A stretch of 64,000 nucleotides of DNA. Origin: an uncultured Thermodesulfatator sp. Lineage in GTDB: Bacteria; Desulfobacterota; Thermodesulfobacteria; Thermodesulfobacteriales; Thermodesulfobacteriaceae. The DNA is taken from positions 77,989 to 141,988 of the forward strand of contig CAYXGJ010000002.1 in assembly GCA_964464535.1 (NCBI GenBank). The letters run 5' to 3'. The notes under the pieces were generated by a model, which was given only the letters and a program-made list of their open reading frames with translations, made no database searches and was not told where the DNA came from. Shown here one piece after another: positions 55,072-64,000 of the stretch. The position numbers and the translations under genes are program-made. Every line of letters begins with the position of its first letter. The first letter of the stretch is position 1.

Positions 55072-56652
55072 ATGAAAGTTTTAATTTCAGATCCTATTTC
55101 AGAAGAGGGAATAGAAATCTTAAAAAATGAAGGCTTAGAAGTTGTTTATAAACCAGGTCTTTCTTATGAAGAATTGTTAGAAATAATTCCTCAATTTGAT
55201 GCACTTGTTATAAGAAGTGCAACAAAAGTTACTAAGGAAGTAATTGAAAAAGCAAAAAATTTAAAAGTTATAGGAAGAGCAGGAACAGGACTTGACAATG
55301 TAGATTTACAAGCTGCGAACGAAAAAGGGATTGTGGTTATGAATGTTCCAGGAGGAAATACCTTATCTGCAGCAGAACATACCTTGGCTTTACTTTTCGC
55401 AATTGCAAGGAATATTCCTCAAGCTGTAATTTGTTTAAAAGAAGGAAAATGGGAAAAAAAGAAATTTATGGGGGTGGAGCTTAATAATAAAGTTTTAGGA
55501 ATTATTGGATTAGGAAGAATAGGAAGTATTGTTGCAGATAGAGCTCTTGGAATGAAAATGAAAGTTATAGCTTATGATCCCTATATTTCTCCAGAAACAG
55601 CAGAAAAAAAGGGAGTAGAACTTGTAAGTTTAGAAGAATTATATAAAAGATCAGATTTTATCACTATTCATACACCTTTAACAAAAGAGACTTATCATCT
55701 TATAGATGAAAAAGCCTTTTCTATGATGAAAGACGGAGTTTACATTATAAATTGTGCTAGAGGAGGAATTATAGATGAGGAAGCACTTTATAAGGCTATG
55801 GTTTCAGGGAAGGTTGCAGGAGCAGCTCTTGATGTTTTCGAGAAAGAACCGGTAGATCCAAATCATCCTTTACTTTCTTTAGAAAATTTTATTGGAACTC
55901 CCCATCTTGGAGCCTCAACCATAGAAGCTCAAAAGATAGTTGCCATAGAAATAGCAAAACAGATAGTTGATTATCTCTTTAAGGGAATAATAAGAAATGC
56001 AGTAAATGTTCCTTCTTTGCCACTAGAGATTTTAAAAATCATTACACCTATATTAACTCTTGCAGAAAAAATTGGTTTACTTGCTGCCCAAATTACAGAG
56101 GGAGCTATTCAAAAAGTGGAAATTACCTACAAAGGTGAAATTTCCCAATTAGATGTTAGACCTATAACCCTTGCTTTTGTTAAAGGGCTTCTTTCATCCT
56201 TTTTAAAAGAAGATGTTAATTATGTTAATGCCCTTATAAGAGCAAAGGAAAGGGATATAAAAATAATAGAATCTAAAACAGAAATTTCAGAAGATTTTAC
56301 TTCTCTCATAAGTGCTAAAGTGAAACATACTGGAGGTTATACAGTTGTTGAAGGAACTATTTTTGGTAAAAAAGAACCTCGTATAGTTAGAATTAATGGA
56401 TTTAGACTGGATGCTTTGCCAGAAGGACACATGCTTTATATTTTTAATGAGGATAGACCAGGGGTTATAGGGAAAATAGGGACCATTCTTGGTAATCACA
56501 ATTTAAATATCTCAAGAATGCATGTAGGACAAGATCCTACGAGAAGAGCAAATGTAATACTTCTTAGTTTAGATCAACCTCCCACAGCAGAAGCCTTAAA
56601 AGAATTAAGTGAGCTTTCTACAGTTTATTTAGTAAAACCCTTAGAACTTTAA
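55072..56652 (+). CDS. serA: D-3-phosphoglycerate dehydrogenase (ASB + ACT form)
   Basis: RAGTGLDNVD, GLGRIG, NCARGG, LDVF, TPHLGAST, C-terminal ACT (DRPGVIG). Confidence 0.95.
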   Translation: MKVLISDPISEEGIEILKNEGLEVVYKPGLSYEELLEIIPQFDALVIRSATKVTKEVIEKAKNLKVIGRAGTGLDNVDLQAANEKGIVVMNVPGGNTLSAAEHTLALLFAIARNIPQAVICLKEGKWEKKKFMGVELNNKVLGIIGLGRIGSIVADRALGMKMKVIAYDPYISPETAEKKGVELVSLEELYKRSDFITIHTPLTKETYHLIDEKAFSMMKDGVYIINCARGGIIDEEALYKAMVSGKVAGAALDVFEKEPVDPNHPLLSLENFIGTPHLGASTIEAQKIVAIEIAKQIVDYLFKGIIRNAVNVPSLPLEILKIITPILTLAEKIGLLAAQITEGAIQKVEITYKGEISQLDVRPITLAFVKGLLSSFLKEDVNYVNALIRAKERDIKIIESKTEISEDFTSLISAKVKHTGGYTVVEGTIFGKKEPRIVRINGFRLDALPEGHMLYIFNEDRPGVIGKIGTILGNHNLNISRMHVGQDPTRRANVILLSLDQPPTAEALKELSELSTVYLVKPLEL

Positions 56653-56658
56653 TAAGTT

Positions 56659-57747
56659 ATGGAGAAACCTAATCTAAGAAATTGTGAGTTGGAAGAATTT
56701 AAAAATTTAATGGAAGTTTTTGGAGAGCCTTTATATAGAGGAGAGCAGATTTTTCACTGGATTACCTGTAAAAATGCCATAAGCTTTGAAGAAATGACAG
56801 ATCTTCCTAAGAGTTTAAGAACAAAGCTTTCTGAAAATTTTTCTCTTGAACTTCCAGAGATAGTTGATAGAGAAGAGGATATAGATGGAACAGTTAAAAT
56901 TGCTTTAAAATTAAAAGACAATAATTTAATTGAAACAGTTATAATCCCAGAAAGGGATCACTATACTCTTTGTGTCTCAACCCAAGTAGGATGTCCTATA
57001 GGTTGTAAATTTTGTGTTACAGGGAAACTCAGTTTTAAAAGAAATTTAGAAGTTTATGAAATACTTTCTCAAGTAGTTATTGCAAGAAGATATTTAAAAG
57101 AAAAGAAAGAAAAACTTCCTTTAAGAAATATAGTTTTTATGGGAATGGGAGAACCTCTTTTAAATTTGAAAAATCTTATAAAAGCTTTAAAAATACTTGC
57201 TCATCCAAGAGGATTTAACTATTCCAGAAAAAGACTTACAGTTTCAACTGTAGGACTTTTAAAGGAAATGGAGATACTTGCTAAGGAGTTTCCTACCGCT
57301 TTGGCATTGAGCTTACATGCCCCCACAGATGAAATTAGGAAAAAACTTATTCCTGTAGCTAAAAAATATTCTGTTAAAGAACTTATTTCAGCCTGTAAAA
57401 AATTTCCCCGTATAAAAAATAGTAGAACCACAATAGAATATGTAATAATAAAAGATGTAAATGATAGTTTGGAGTCTGCAGAAAAACTGGCAGATCTTCT
57501 AAAGGGATATCCTTTTAAAGTAAATCTTATTCCTTTTAATCCTCATCCTGAAATTCCTTTTGAAAGACCTTCTGAAGAAATAGTAGAAAAATTTCAAAAA
57601 TACCTTCTTTCAAAGGGAATATTAACTACTGTAAGAAAAAGTAAAGGTCTTGGGATTGATGCTGCCTGTGGACAGCTGGGTGCAAAAATTTTAAAATCTC
57701 TAACTCCAGACTCCATTGATAAAGAAACCGCAATTGGGACAGGTTAA
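56659..57747 (+). CDS. rlmN: Dual-specificity RNA methyltransferase RlmN
   Basis: CVSTQVGCPIGCKFC, FMGMGEP, STVG, SLHA, NLIPFN, DAACGQL. Confidence 0.96.
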   Translation: MEKPNLRNCELEEFKNLMEVFGEPLYRGEQIFHWITCKNAISFEEMTDLPKSLRTKLSENFSLELPEIVDREEDIDGTVKIALKLKDNNLIETVIIPERDHYTLCVSTQVGCPIGCKFCVTGKLSFKRNLEVYEILSQVVIARRYLKEKKEKLPLRNIVFMGMGEPLLNLKNLIKALKILAHPRGFNYSRKRLTVSTVGLLKEMEILAKEFPTALALSLHAPTDEIRKKLIPVAKKYSVKELISACKKFPRIKNSRTTIEYVIIKDVNDSLESAEKLADLLKGYPFKVNLIPFNPHPEIPFERPSEEIVEKFQKYLLSKGILTTVRKSKGLGIDAACGQLGAKILKSLTPDSIDKETAIGTG

Positions 57748-58716
57748 ATCAGGCTTAAGATCTATTTTTAAAACCCTAAAACCATATCTTTCAATAATTA
57801 AATAATTACACTTTGGACAATAGGTATTTTCATATTGATTTCCGGGAACATTTCCTATGTAAATATAATAAAGACCAGCTTCTTTTCCAATATAATAAGC
57901 TTTTAATAAAGTTTCTTCAGGAGTAAAGGGCTTATCCAAGAGTTGATAATGGGGGAAAAAGCGAGAAATATGCCAGGGAACATCAGGCCCTAGCTCATTT
58001 TTTATAAAATTTGCAAGTTCTTTTAATTCAGCTGAATCATCGTTTTCTTCTGGAATAATAAGAGTGGTAACCTCTACCCATATACCCTGGCTTTTTAAAT
58101 ATTTTAAATTATCTAAAACAGGTTGTAGTTTAGCTTTACAAAACTTTTTGTAAAATTCTTTTCTAAAAGCCTTTAAATCTACATTTATTCCATGAAGATA
58201 GGGTTTAATATAATCAATTGCTTCTTTTGTCATGTAACCATTAGAAACAAAAACATTTTTTAATCCCTCCTTTTCAGCTAATTTGGCACAATCATAGGCG
58301 AATTCAAAAAAGATAGTAGGTTCAGTGTAAGTATAGGAAATACTTTTTGCCCTTTGAGCTTTAGCTATTTTTACAATATCTTTTGGTGAAGTTAATTTAC
58401 CAGGAATACCTCCATAAATTTGAGGATATTGAGAAATTTCAAAATTTTGACAAAAACTGCAACGAAAATTACAACCTACAGTTGCTATAGAATAACTCCA
58501 TGAGCCTGGTAAAAAATGATAAAGTGGTTTTTTTTCAATAGGATCTAAGTGTTCTGCAATTATTTTTCCATAAACTAAGGAAAAAAGAATCCCTTCTTCA
58601 TTTTTTCTAACTCCACAAATCCCTACCTGATTGGGATAAATAATGCAATGATGATTACATAAATTGCATTTTACTTTTTTATCTTCCAAATGTTCGTATA
58701 AAAGAGCTTCTCTCAT
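57700..58716 (-). CDS. amrS: AmmeMemoRadiSam system radical SAM enzyme
   Basis: CNLCNHHC, CGVR, DPIEKKPLYHF, GCNFRCSFCQN, YTYTEP, WHISRFFP, terminal CPKC/CPNC. Confidence 0.9.
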   Translation of the reverse strand: MREALLYEHLEDKKVKCNLCNHHCIIYPNQVGICGVRKNEEGILFSLVYGKIIAEHLDPIEKKPLYHFLPGSWSYSIATVGCNFRCSFCQNFEISQYPQIYGGIPGKLTSPKDIVKIAKAQRAKSISYTYTEPTIFFEFAYDCAKLAEKEGLKNVFVSNGYMTKEAIDYIKPYLHGINVDLKAFRKEFYKKFCKAKLQPVLDNLKYLKSQGIWVEVTTLIIPEENDDSAELKELANFIKNELGPDVPWHISRFFPHYQLLDKPFTPEETLLKAYYIGKEAGLYYIYIGNVPGNQYENTYCPKCNYLIIERYGFRVLKIDLKPDLTCPNCGFFINGVWS

Positions 58717-58739
58717 ATTTAGTTATTGTAAGACACTTT

Positions 58740-59480
58740 TCAATTCTTTTCAATTCTTTTCAAAAAATTCTTTACCTCTTCAGTGTAATCACCCTTGCGG
58801 GATTTATAAATATAAAGAGGAGGGAAAATTCTTATTTCTTCTTTAGCATTTTTAACTGCACATAAAAGAACAAGTTTTGCCTCTGAACCAGGATAGGAAT
58901 AAACCAGTCTTAAAAGTTTAGGTTCAAGTTTATGATTTTTAAGAAGATATATTAATTCTGCAAGTCTTAAAGCTGTAAAAATTAAATAGAGTTTACCTTT
59001 ATTTTTTAAAAGAGAGCTTACTTTTTTTAAAAATTCATTAAGATCACACTCTATATCTTTTCTGGTAATATTTTCAATTTCATAAGGACTTTTTCTTCCA
59101 GCTTTGCTTTTAAAATAGGGAGGATTAGAAAAAACTATATCAAAATTACCAGGTTTAAAAGGTGGATTTCTAATATCTCCCTTAATTACAAATAGTTTTT
59201 CGTGAAATCTATTTTCAAGGATATTTTTTTTTAGACATTCTATATAAAGTGTTTCAAGCTCCAAAGCAAAAATTTTTGAATAGGGAAATCTTTTTAAAGC
59301 AATGAGAGAAATAATACCAGATCCTGCTCCAACTTCTAAAACCAAATCCTTTTGTTTTAGACTTAAAAAGTGGGCTAATAAAACAGAATCTATACCAAAT
59401 CTAAAACCTTTTTCAGGCTGATAAACAATTATAGAGCCCTCTAAAAAGGGAGTAGGAACTAACTGCATAGATTTTCCCAT
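58740..59480 (-). CDS. tRNA1(Val) A37 N6-methyltransferase-like protein (TrmN6/YfiC family)
   Basis: FRFGIDSVLL, LEVGAGSG, FSNPPYF; the start may be ATG 59468. Confidence 0.82.
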   Translation of the reverse strand: MGKSMQLVPTPFLEGSIIVYQPEKGFRFGIDSVLLAHFLSLKQKDLVLEVGAGSGIISLIALKRFPYSKIFALELETLYIECLKKNILENRFHEKLFVIKGDIRNPPFKPGNFDIVFSNPPYFKSKAGRKSPYEIENITRKDIECDLNEFLKKVSSLLKNKGKLYLIFTALRLAELIYLLKNHKLEPKLLRLVYSYPGSEAKLVLLCAVKNAKEEIRIFPPLYIYKSRKGDYTEEVKNFLKRIEKN

Positions 59481-60625
59481 AAATAATAAACTACCTGATT
59501 ATGAAGAAGTTTCCCTTTAAAAGTTAGGGATATTCTGTTTTTTCTCCTTTTTATTAATTTTTCTTTTATCAAGGTATCTAAAATATCTTTTGGTAAATAA
59601 TAATTATATTTTCTTTTTAATTCTTTCAAGCTAATACCCTCTTTTAATCTTAATCCCATAAATATATATTCTTTTGCTAACTCGTAATGGTTAAGATTTT
59701 CAATTATTTTTAAGGAAAGTTTTTTTTCTTTTAAAAGTGAATTTAAATAATAATTTAAATTTCTTGGATTTTTCCATCTTAGATTTTTTATTCTTGAGGT
59801 AGCAGATGGCCCCAATCCTAAGTATGGTTTAAGTTTCCAATAAAGAAGATTGTGCTTACATTCATAAGTAGGTATGGCGTAATTAGAAATTTCATATCTT
59901 TCATATCCATTTATTTTTAAGGTTTCTTCAATTATTTTATAAAAATTCATTAATTTTTCGTCCTTTATCCAATATTTTTCCCCTTTAAAAATTTGATAAA
60001 AAGGTGTTCCCTTTTCTAAGGTTAATTCATAAAAAGACAAATGGGGAGGTTTAAATTCTAAAGCCTTAAATATTTCCTTTTTAAGAGTTTTTTCTCCTTG
60101 TCCTTTCCATCCAAATATAAAATCTAAAGAAAAATTTTTGAAACCGCTTTTAACAATAAATTCTAAGGCTTTAAAAATATTTTTTAAGGTATGGAGTCTT
60201 CCTAAAAATTTTAGACCCTTTGAAGAAAAACTTTGCACTCCTAAGCTTATACGATTAAATCCTATTTCATAAAAAGCTTTTGTCTTTTCTAAAGTAAATG
60301 TTTCAGGATTTGCTTCCAAAGTTAATTCTTTCGGAGAAAATTTAAAATTCTTGTTTAAAAAATTGAAAAGGTTTTCATAAAAATAAGGAGAAAGAAGAGA
60401 AGGAGTCCCGCCACCTGCATAAAAGGTTATAAAAGAAAGATCTTTTATTCCAAATTTCTCTTCTAAAAAAAACCTTAAAAGTTTTAATTCTTCCTTTAAA
60501 GCTTTTAAAAACTTATTTTCTAAATATTTTGAAATTTTCATCTCTAAAGAATAAAAATCACAATAAGGACACTTTTTTAAACAAAAGGGCACATGAAGGT
60601 ATAGTCCTAAATCTAATTTTTTCAT
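59459..60625 (-). CDS. hemW: HemN-like radical SAM heme chaperone
   Basis: LYLHVPFCLKKCPYCDF, GGGTPS, EANP, RISLGVQS, YEISNY, HNLLYW (HemW-type HNxxYW). Confidence 0.85.
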   Translation of the reverse strand: MKKLDLGLYLHVPFCLKKCPYCDFYSLEMKISKYLENKFLKALKEELKLLRFFLEEKFGIKDLSFITFYAGGGTPSLLSPYFYENLFNFLNKNFKFSPKELTLEANPETFTLEKTKAFYEIGFNRISLGVQSFSSKGLKFLGRLHTLKNIFKALEFIVKSGFKNFSLDFIFGWKGQGEKTLKKEIFKALEFKPPHLSFYELTLEKGTPFYQIFKGEKYWIKDEKLMNFYKIIEETLKINGYERYEISNYAIPTYECKHNLLYWKLKPYLGLGPSATSRIKNLRWKNPRNLNYYLNSLLKEKKLSLKIIENLNHYELAKEYIFMGLRLKEGISLKELKRKYNYYLPKDILDTLIKEKLIKRRKNRISLTFKGKLLHNQVVYYLWENLCS

Positions 60626-60670
60626 TCAAAATTTCTTTAAATTTATCAAAAAAATTTTAAAATTATTTAG

Positions 60671-61771
60671 ATGAGAATTTTCTGGAAATATCATATTAAA
60701 GAATATACTTTTTATACTTTTTCTTTTTTCATAATATTTAGTGCTATTATAACCTTAGTTCAGGGAATAATCAAATTACAAACTTTTTTAGATTTAAATC
60801 CATCTTTTAAAATTATTTTTCAACTTTTTATTCTTATCTTTTTTCAACTTCTCTCTTTTATTTATAATTTATCAGTCTTTATGGGAGTTCTTTTTGCTAT
60901 ACATAGACTGAAATATGAAAAAGAAGTGCTTGCCTTCTGTTCTTTAGGTTTTTCTTTAAAGGAGTTTATGAAACCCCTTTTTATTTTTTCCTTAATTAGT
61001 TTAATAATGATCTTTTTAGCCCATTTTTTTCTTTCTCCTTGGTCTAAAAGAAAAATAAAAGAAATTCAAATAGAACTTGTTAAGGCTCAAGCAAAAAAAT
61101 CTTTTCCCGAAAAAAGACCTATTGCCTTAGGGAAAGATTATTCTCTTTATGTGAGAAAATCAGAATTAAGAGACAAAGTTCATTATTTTAAGAATATATT
61201 TTTTCTAAAAAGAGAGAAAGAAGGTAAAAAAGGTTTTTTTATTGCTCAAGAAGGAAGTTATTCTCCTGAAGAAAATATATTTACTTTAATAAAAGGATGG
61301 GGAATTTTTGTAGATCCTCAAAATAATATAGAAGTCTTAAAATTTGGGGATTATAAGTTTAGGTTAGATATGAAAACCTTTGAAGAAGAGAGGCTTTATT
61401 TCAAAAGAGGGGAAAAAAGTTTTTCAGAATTAAAAGAGGAAATAAAAAAACTTAAACCAGGAACTTCAAACTATTTCAGATATTTCAATGAATATTATCA
61501 AAGATTTTTCTTTCCCCTTTCGGTTTTATTCTTAGCTTTTCAAGCTTTTTTTCTTAGTATTTACCTTAAAACCTCTTACAGATTTTTGCTTTTTTTTGTC
61601 GGAATTACAGCCTTTCTAATTTTTTTCATTTTTTATAATTTTTTTTCTTCCTTAGGAGAAAACGGAAAAATTTTTCCCTTGTGGAGTTTTGTTATATTTT
61701 ATCTTTTAATTAGTATTTTACTTGTTTTTCAATATGTGGGATTAAAAAGAAAAAGAGAGTTATGTTTATGA
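60671..61771 (+). CDS. lptF: LPS export ABC transporter permease, LptF/LptG family
   Basis: 3+3 TM layout, LKYEKEVLAFCSLG, periplasmic beta-jellyroll-like segment; tandem with a paralogue. Confidence 0.75.
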   Translation: MRIFWKYHIKEYTFYTFSFFIIFSAIITLVQGIIKLQTFLDLNPSFKIIFQLFILIFFQLLSFIYNLSVFMGVLFAIHRLKYEKEVLAFCSLGFSLKEFMKPLFIFSLISLIMIFLAHFFLSPWSKRKIKEIQIELVKAQAKKSFPEKRPIALGKDYSLYVRKSELRDKVHYFKNIFFLKREKEGKKGFFIAQEGSYSPEENIFTLIKGWGIFVDPQNNIEVLKFGDYKFRLDMKTFEEERLYFKRGEKSFSELKEEIKKLKPGTSNYFRYFNEYYQRFFFPLSVLFLAFQAFFLSIYLKTSYRFLLFFVGITAFLIFFIFYNFFSSLGENGKIFPLWSFVIFYLLISILLVFQYVGLKRKRELCL

Positions 61772-62829
61772 AAATCTATAAAAAATATCTTTTAGCTGAC
61801 CTTATAAAGATAAATTTACTTTTATTATTTATTTTTTCTTCTTTTTACTTTTTAGTTGATTTTTTTGATAAATTGGGAGAATTTTTATCTTTTAAAAAAC
61901 CTTTTTATCTCTTTTTAGATTATATTTTTTGGAAATCCTTAACCAATTTATATGAATTTTTTCCCTTTGTTTGTGGATTGTCAGGAATAATTTTATTTCT
62001 TTGGTTAACAAGAACAGGAGAATTACTTGGCTTTTTATCTCTTGGATTTTCAAAAAAAGAACTAATAAGTCTTACAGGAAAGGGAATTTGTGTTTTTGCT
62101 CTATTATTAGGATTGGCAATAAGCATCCTATTTCCTAAAGCAGCCTTCTTAAGTCTTTATACTTGGGACTATAGAATAGCTGAAAAAAGAGAACAATATT
62201 TAGTATTTAATGAACAAATTTTTATTAGGGGTCCTGATTTTTATCTCATAGCTAAACCTTTAGAACCAAAAGGTGAATATTTGCAGGATATACTTCTTGT
62301 TTTTATAAATAAAGAAGAGCTAAAAAAAATTATATGGGCTAAAGAGGGATTTTATAAATCTGAAAAGTGGTTTTTAAAGGAGGTTATTACTCAAGAGGAA
62401 AATAAAAATTTTTCTCCTGAGTTTTTTAAGAACTTAGAAGCTAATCTTTCTATAAAACCAGAAACTTTAGTAATGGTAGAAAAACCTTTGAAATTTTTGT
62501 CTCTTAAAGAATTATTTGAAAGATATAAATTTTTAAAAATGGTTAAAAGACCTTATAAAGAAGAAGTAGCGGAAATATTTTTAAAAGTGATTTATCCTTT
62601 TTTACCTCTTTTTTTAGGATTTTTCCCTACTATGATTTTTATAAAAAACTACACACCCTCTCAAGTGATTATCCCCTTTTTTAAAGGTTTAATTTGGTAT
62701 TTTATTTTATTAACTTTTTGTCTTTTTTTACAAACTCTTTTAAGAAAAGGTATATTTGTTGCAGGGATTTTATTATCTTTTTTGATATTTATTAGTTTTT
62801 TATCTTGTTTTTTTAAGAAAATCTGGTAA
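61762..62829 (+). CDS. lptG: LPS export ABC transporter permease, LptF/LptG family
   Basis: YKKYLL, LTRTGELLGFLSLGFS, AKEGFY...WFL; follows lptF. Confidence 0.72.
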   Translation: MFMKIYKKYLLADLIKINLLLLFIFSSFYFLVDFFDKLGEFLSFKKPFYLFLDYIFWKSLTNLYEFFPFVCGLSGIILFLWLTRTGELLGFLSLGFSKKELISLTGKGICVFALLLGLAISILFPKAAFLSLYTWDYRIAEKREQYLVFNEQIFIRGPDFYLIAKPLEPKGEYLQDILLVFINKEELKKIIWAKEGFYKSEKWFLKEVITQEENKNFSPEFFKNLEANLSIKPETLVMVEKPLKFLSLKELFERYKFLKMVKRPYKEEVAEIFLKVIYPFLPLFLGFFPTMIFIKNYTPSQVIIPFFKGLIWYFILLTFCLFLQTLLRKGIFVAGILLSFLIFISFLSCFFKKIW

Positions 62830-62866
62830 AAAAAAGTAGGAAAAAATTACTAGCGGGAGGTTATCT

Positions 62867-63106
62867 ATGTCTATAGAAGAAAAAGTTATTGAGATTATTT
62901 CTCAAAAATTAAATCTTTCAAAAGATCAGATTAAACTTGAAGCCTCATTTGTAGATGATTTAGGAGCAGATTCTCTTGATCTTGTGGAGCTTGTAATGGC
63001 TATGGAAGAGACTTTTGGAATGGAAGTTCCTGATGAAGAAGCAGAGAAGTTAAGAACTGTTAAGGATGTTATAGAATACATAAAGGCAAAAACAGGTGAA
63101 CAATAA
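62867..63106 (+). CDS. acpP: Acyl carrier protein
   Basis: [18 protein letters not shown]. Confidence 0.97.
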   Translation: MSIEEKVIEIISQKLNLSKDQIKLEASFVDDLGADSLDLVELVMAMEETFGMEVPDEEAEKLRTVKDVIEYIKAKTGEQ

Positions 63107-63121
63107 TTAAGAGGTAAAGTT

Positions 63122-64000
63122 GTGAAAAAAAGAGTAGTTGTAACAGGGCTTGGTGCAGTTACTCCTCTTGGAATAGGAGTTGAAGAAACTTGGAAAAATA
63201 TTAAAGCTGGCAAATCTGGAATAGGAAGAATTACTAAGTTTGATGCTTCTTCTTTTCCCAGTCAAATTGCAGGTGAAGTAAAGAATTTTAAGCCTGAAGA
63301 ATTTATGCCTGCTAAGCTTGTTTCTCGTATTGATGCTTTTATTCAATATGCTATTGCAGGGGCAAGAATGGCTTTAGAAGATGCAAAGTTGCCTTTAGAG
63401 GATCTTGGGGATGAGGTTGGAGTTATTATAGGTGTTGGAATGGGAGGAGTTGGACTTGTTGAACATTATACAAGGATTCTTGATGAAAAAGGTTATAGAA
63501 GGGTTAGTCCTTTTTTTATACCTATGATCATCCCCAACATGGCTGCTGGACAGGTGGCTATTTTATTTGGAGCAAGAGGTCCTAACAATGCAATATGTAC
63601 TGCTTGCGCCGCTGGGAATCATGCTATAGGAGAAGCCTTTAGAATAATAAGAGAAGGTAAAGCTAAAGTAATGATTTGTGGAGGAACAGAAAGTGTAATA
63701 ACTCCCTTGTGTATAGCTGGATTTTCAGTTATGAAAGCTTTATCTACAAGAAATGAAGAACCTGAAAAAGCATCTTGTCCTTTTGATAGTAAAAGAGATG
63801 GTTTTGTTGTAGCAGAAGGATGTGGAATATTAATTTTAGAAGATTTAGAACATGCTCAAAAAAGAGGGGCTAAGATATATGCAGAAATAATCGGATATGC
63901 CTTTAATTCAGATGCCTATCATATGACAGCACCCCCTCCCAATGGGGAAGGTGCTGCAAAATGTATGGAATTAGCTCTTCAGGATGCAGAAATTGAACCT
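63122..64000 (+). CDS. fabF: Beta-ketoacyl-ACP synthase II, truncated by the window edge
   Basis: Not in ORF track. GTG 63122 with SD GAGGT; KKRVVVTGLGAVTPLG, GVGMGG, PNMAAG, catalytic TACAAGNHAIG, GGTES, PFDSKRDGFV, DAYHMTAP. Confidence 0.95.
   Translation, partial: MKKRVVVTGLGAVTPLGIGVEETWKNIKAGKSGIGRITKFDASSFPSQIAGEVKNFKPEEFMPAKLVSRIDAFIQYAIAGARMALEDAKLPLEDLGDEVGVIIGVGMGGVGLVEHYTRILDEKGYRRVSPFFIPMIIPNMAAGQVAILFGARGPNNAICTACAAGNHAIGEAFRIIREGKAKVMICGGTESVITPLCIAGFSVMKALSTRNEEPEKASCPFDSKRDGFVVAEGCGILILEDLEHAQKRGAKIYAEIIGYAFNSDAYHMTAPPPNGEGAAKCMELALQDAEIEP

Noticed and set aside
57301-57320. TGGCAT-N5-TTAC sigma-54-like string
   Set aside because: Within the rlmN CDS and lacks the invariant -12 GC.
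60658-60673. Leaderless promoter for lptF (TAAAAT-7 nt-ATG)
   Set aside because: No convincing -35, and the hexamer is easily found by chance in this AT-rich gap; too weak to report as a feature.
690-63346. Numerous short antisense ORFs in the track (e.g. 690-926, 2954-3334, 12976-13308, 17023-17523, 43514-43876, 49359-49748, 62926-63213, 63107-63346)
   Set aside because: All lie opposite well-supported genes, have shadow-ORF composition (Ser/Phe/Ile-rich) and show no motifs or SD.
1-64000. CRISPR array, IS/transposase, toxin-antitoxin or defence genes, rRNA, recoded (Sec or frameshifted) genes
   Set aside because: No regularly spaced repeats, no such ORFs, no intergenic gap larger than about 140 bp, and no gene truncated at an in-frame TGA that I could detect.

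Overview
Gene-dense, very AT-rich chromosomal segment with almost no intergenic space. Gene content (lipid A and Lpt genes, Desulfobacterota-type flagellar genes, sigma-54 activators, an Ahb/NirDL-type heme gene, a DUF39 homocysteine enzyme, a LeuT-like transporter) suggests a thermophilic Thermodesulfobacteriaceae-like diderm; this is inference, not a database result. Contents in order: a COG0170 kinase missed by the ORF track (runs off the left edge); guaA-psiE-pth-rplY-prs-ispE operon; AI-2E/mutM/HU; an 844-aa degenerate M1-peptidase/ChaN fusion; purQ-tatC; flagellar flgBC-fliEFGHIJ-motE cluster headed by two atypical sigma-54 activators and a TPR protein; a MoxR AAA+ ATPase with an uncharacterised 613-aa partner; NSS transporter and tRNA-Leu(GAG); oppBC-tsaB-rseP-dxr-secG-DUF39-CBS/ACT; double-length uvrA with dksA-moaC-dnaJ-rpoZ-nifU; ilvD-mlaEFD; fabZ-lpxA-lpxI-oxidoreductase-lpxB; half-PurH-greA-aminotransferase-serA-rlmN; amrS-MTase-hemW; lptFG-acpP and a partial fabF. 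I saw no mobile element, prophage, CRISPR array or rRNA. Best candidates for undescribed biology: (1) the MoxR ATPase plus 613-aa partner, which may hide a MIDAS-less VWA-like domain behind a degenerate TraB/ChaN-like fold; (2) the apparently double-dead M1/ChaN protein; (3) a possibly split DUF39 + CBS/ACT homocysteine module; (4) a kinase-independent flagellar activator module with a leaderless, palindrome-controlled promoter; (5) a perfect 65-bp repeat joining the ends of the two UvrA halves. All family assignments come from motif recognition by eye.
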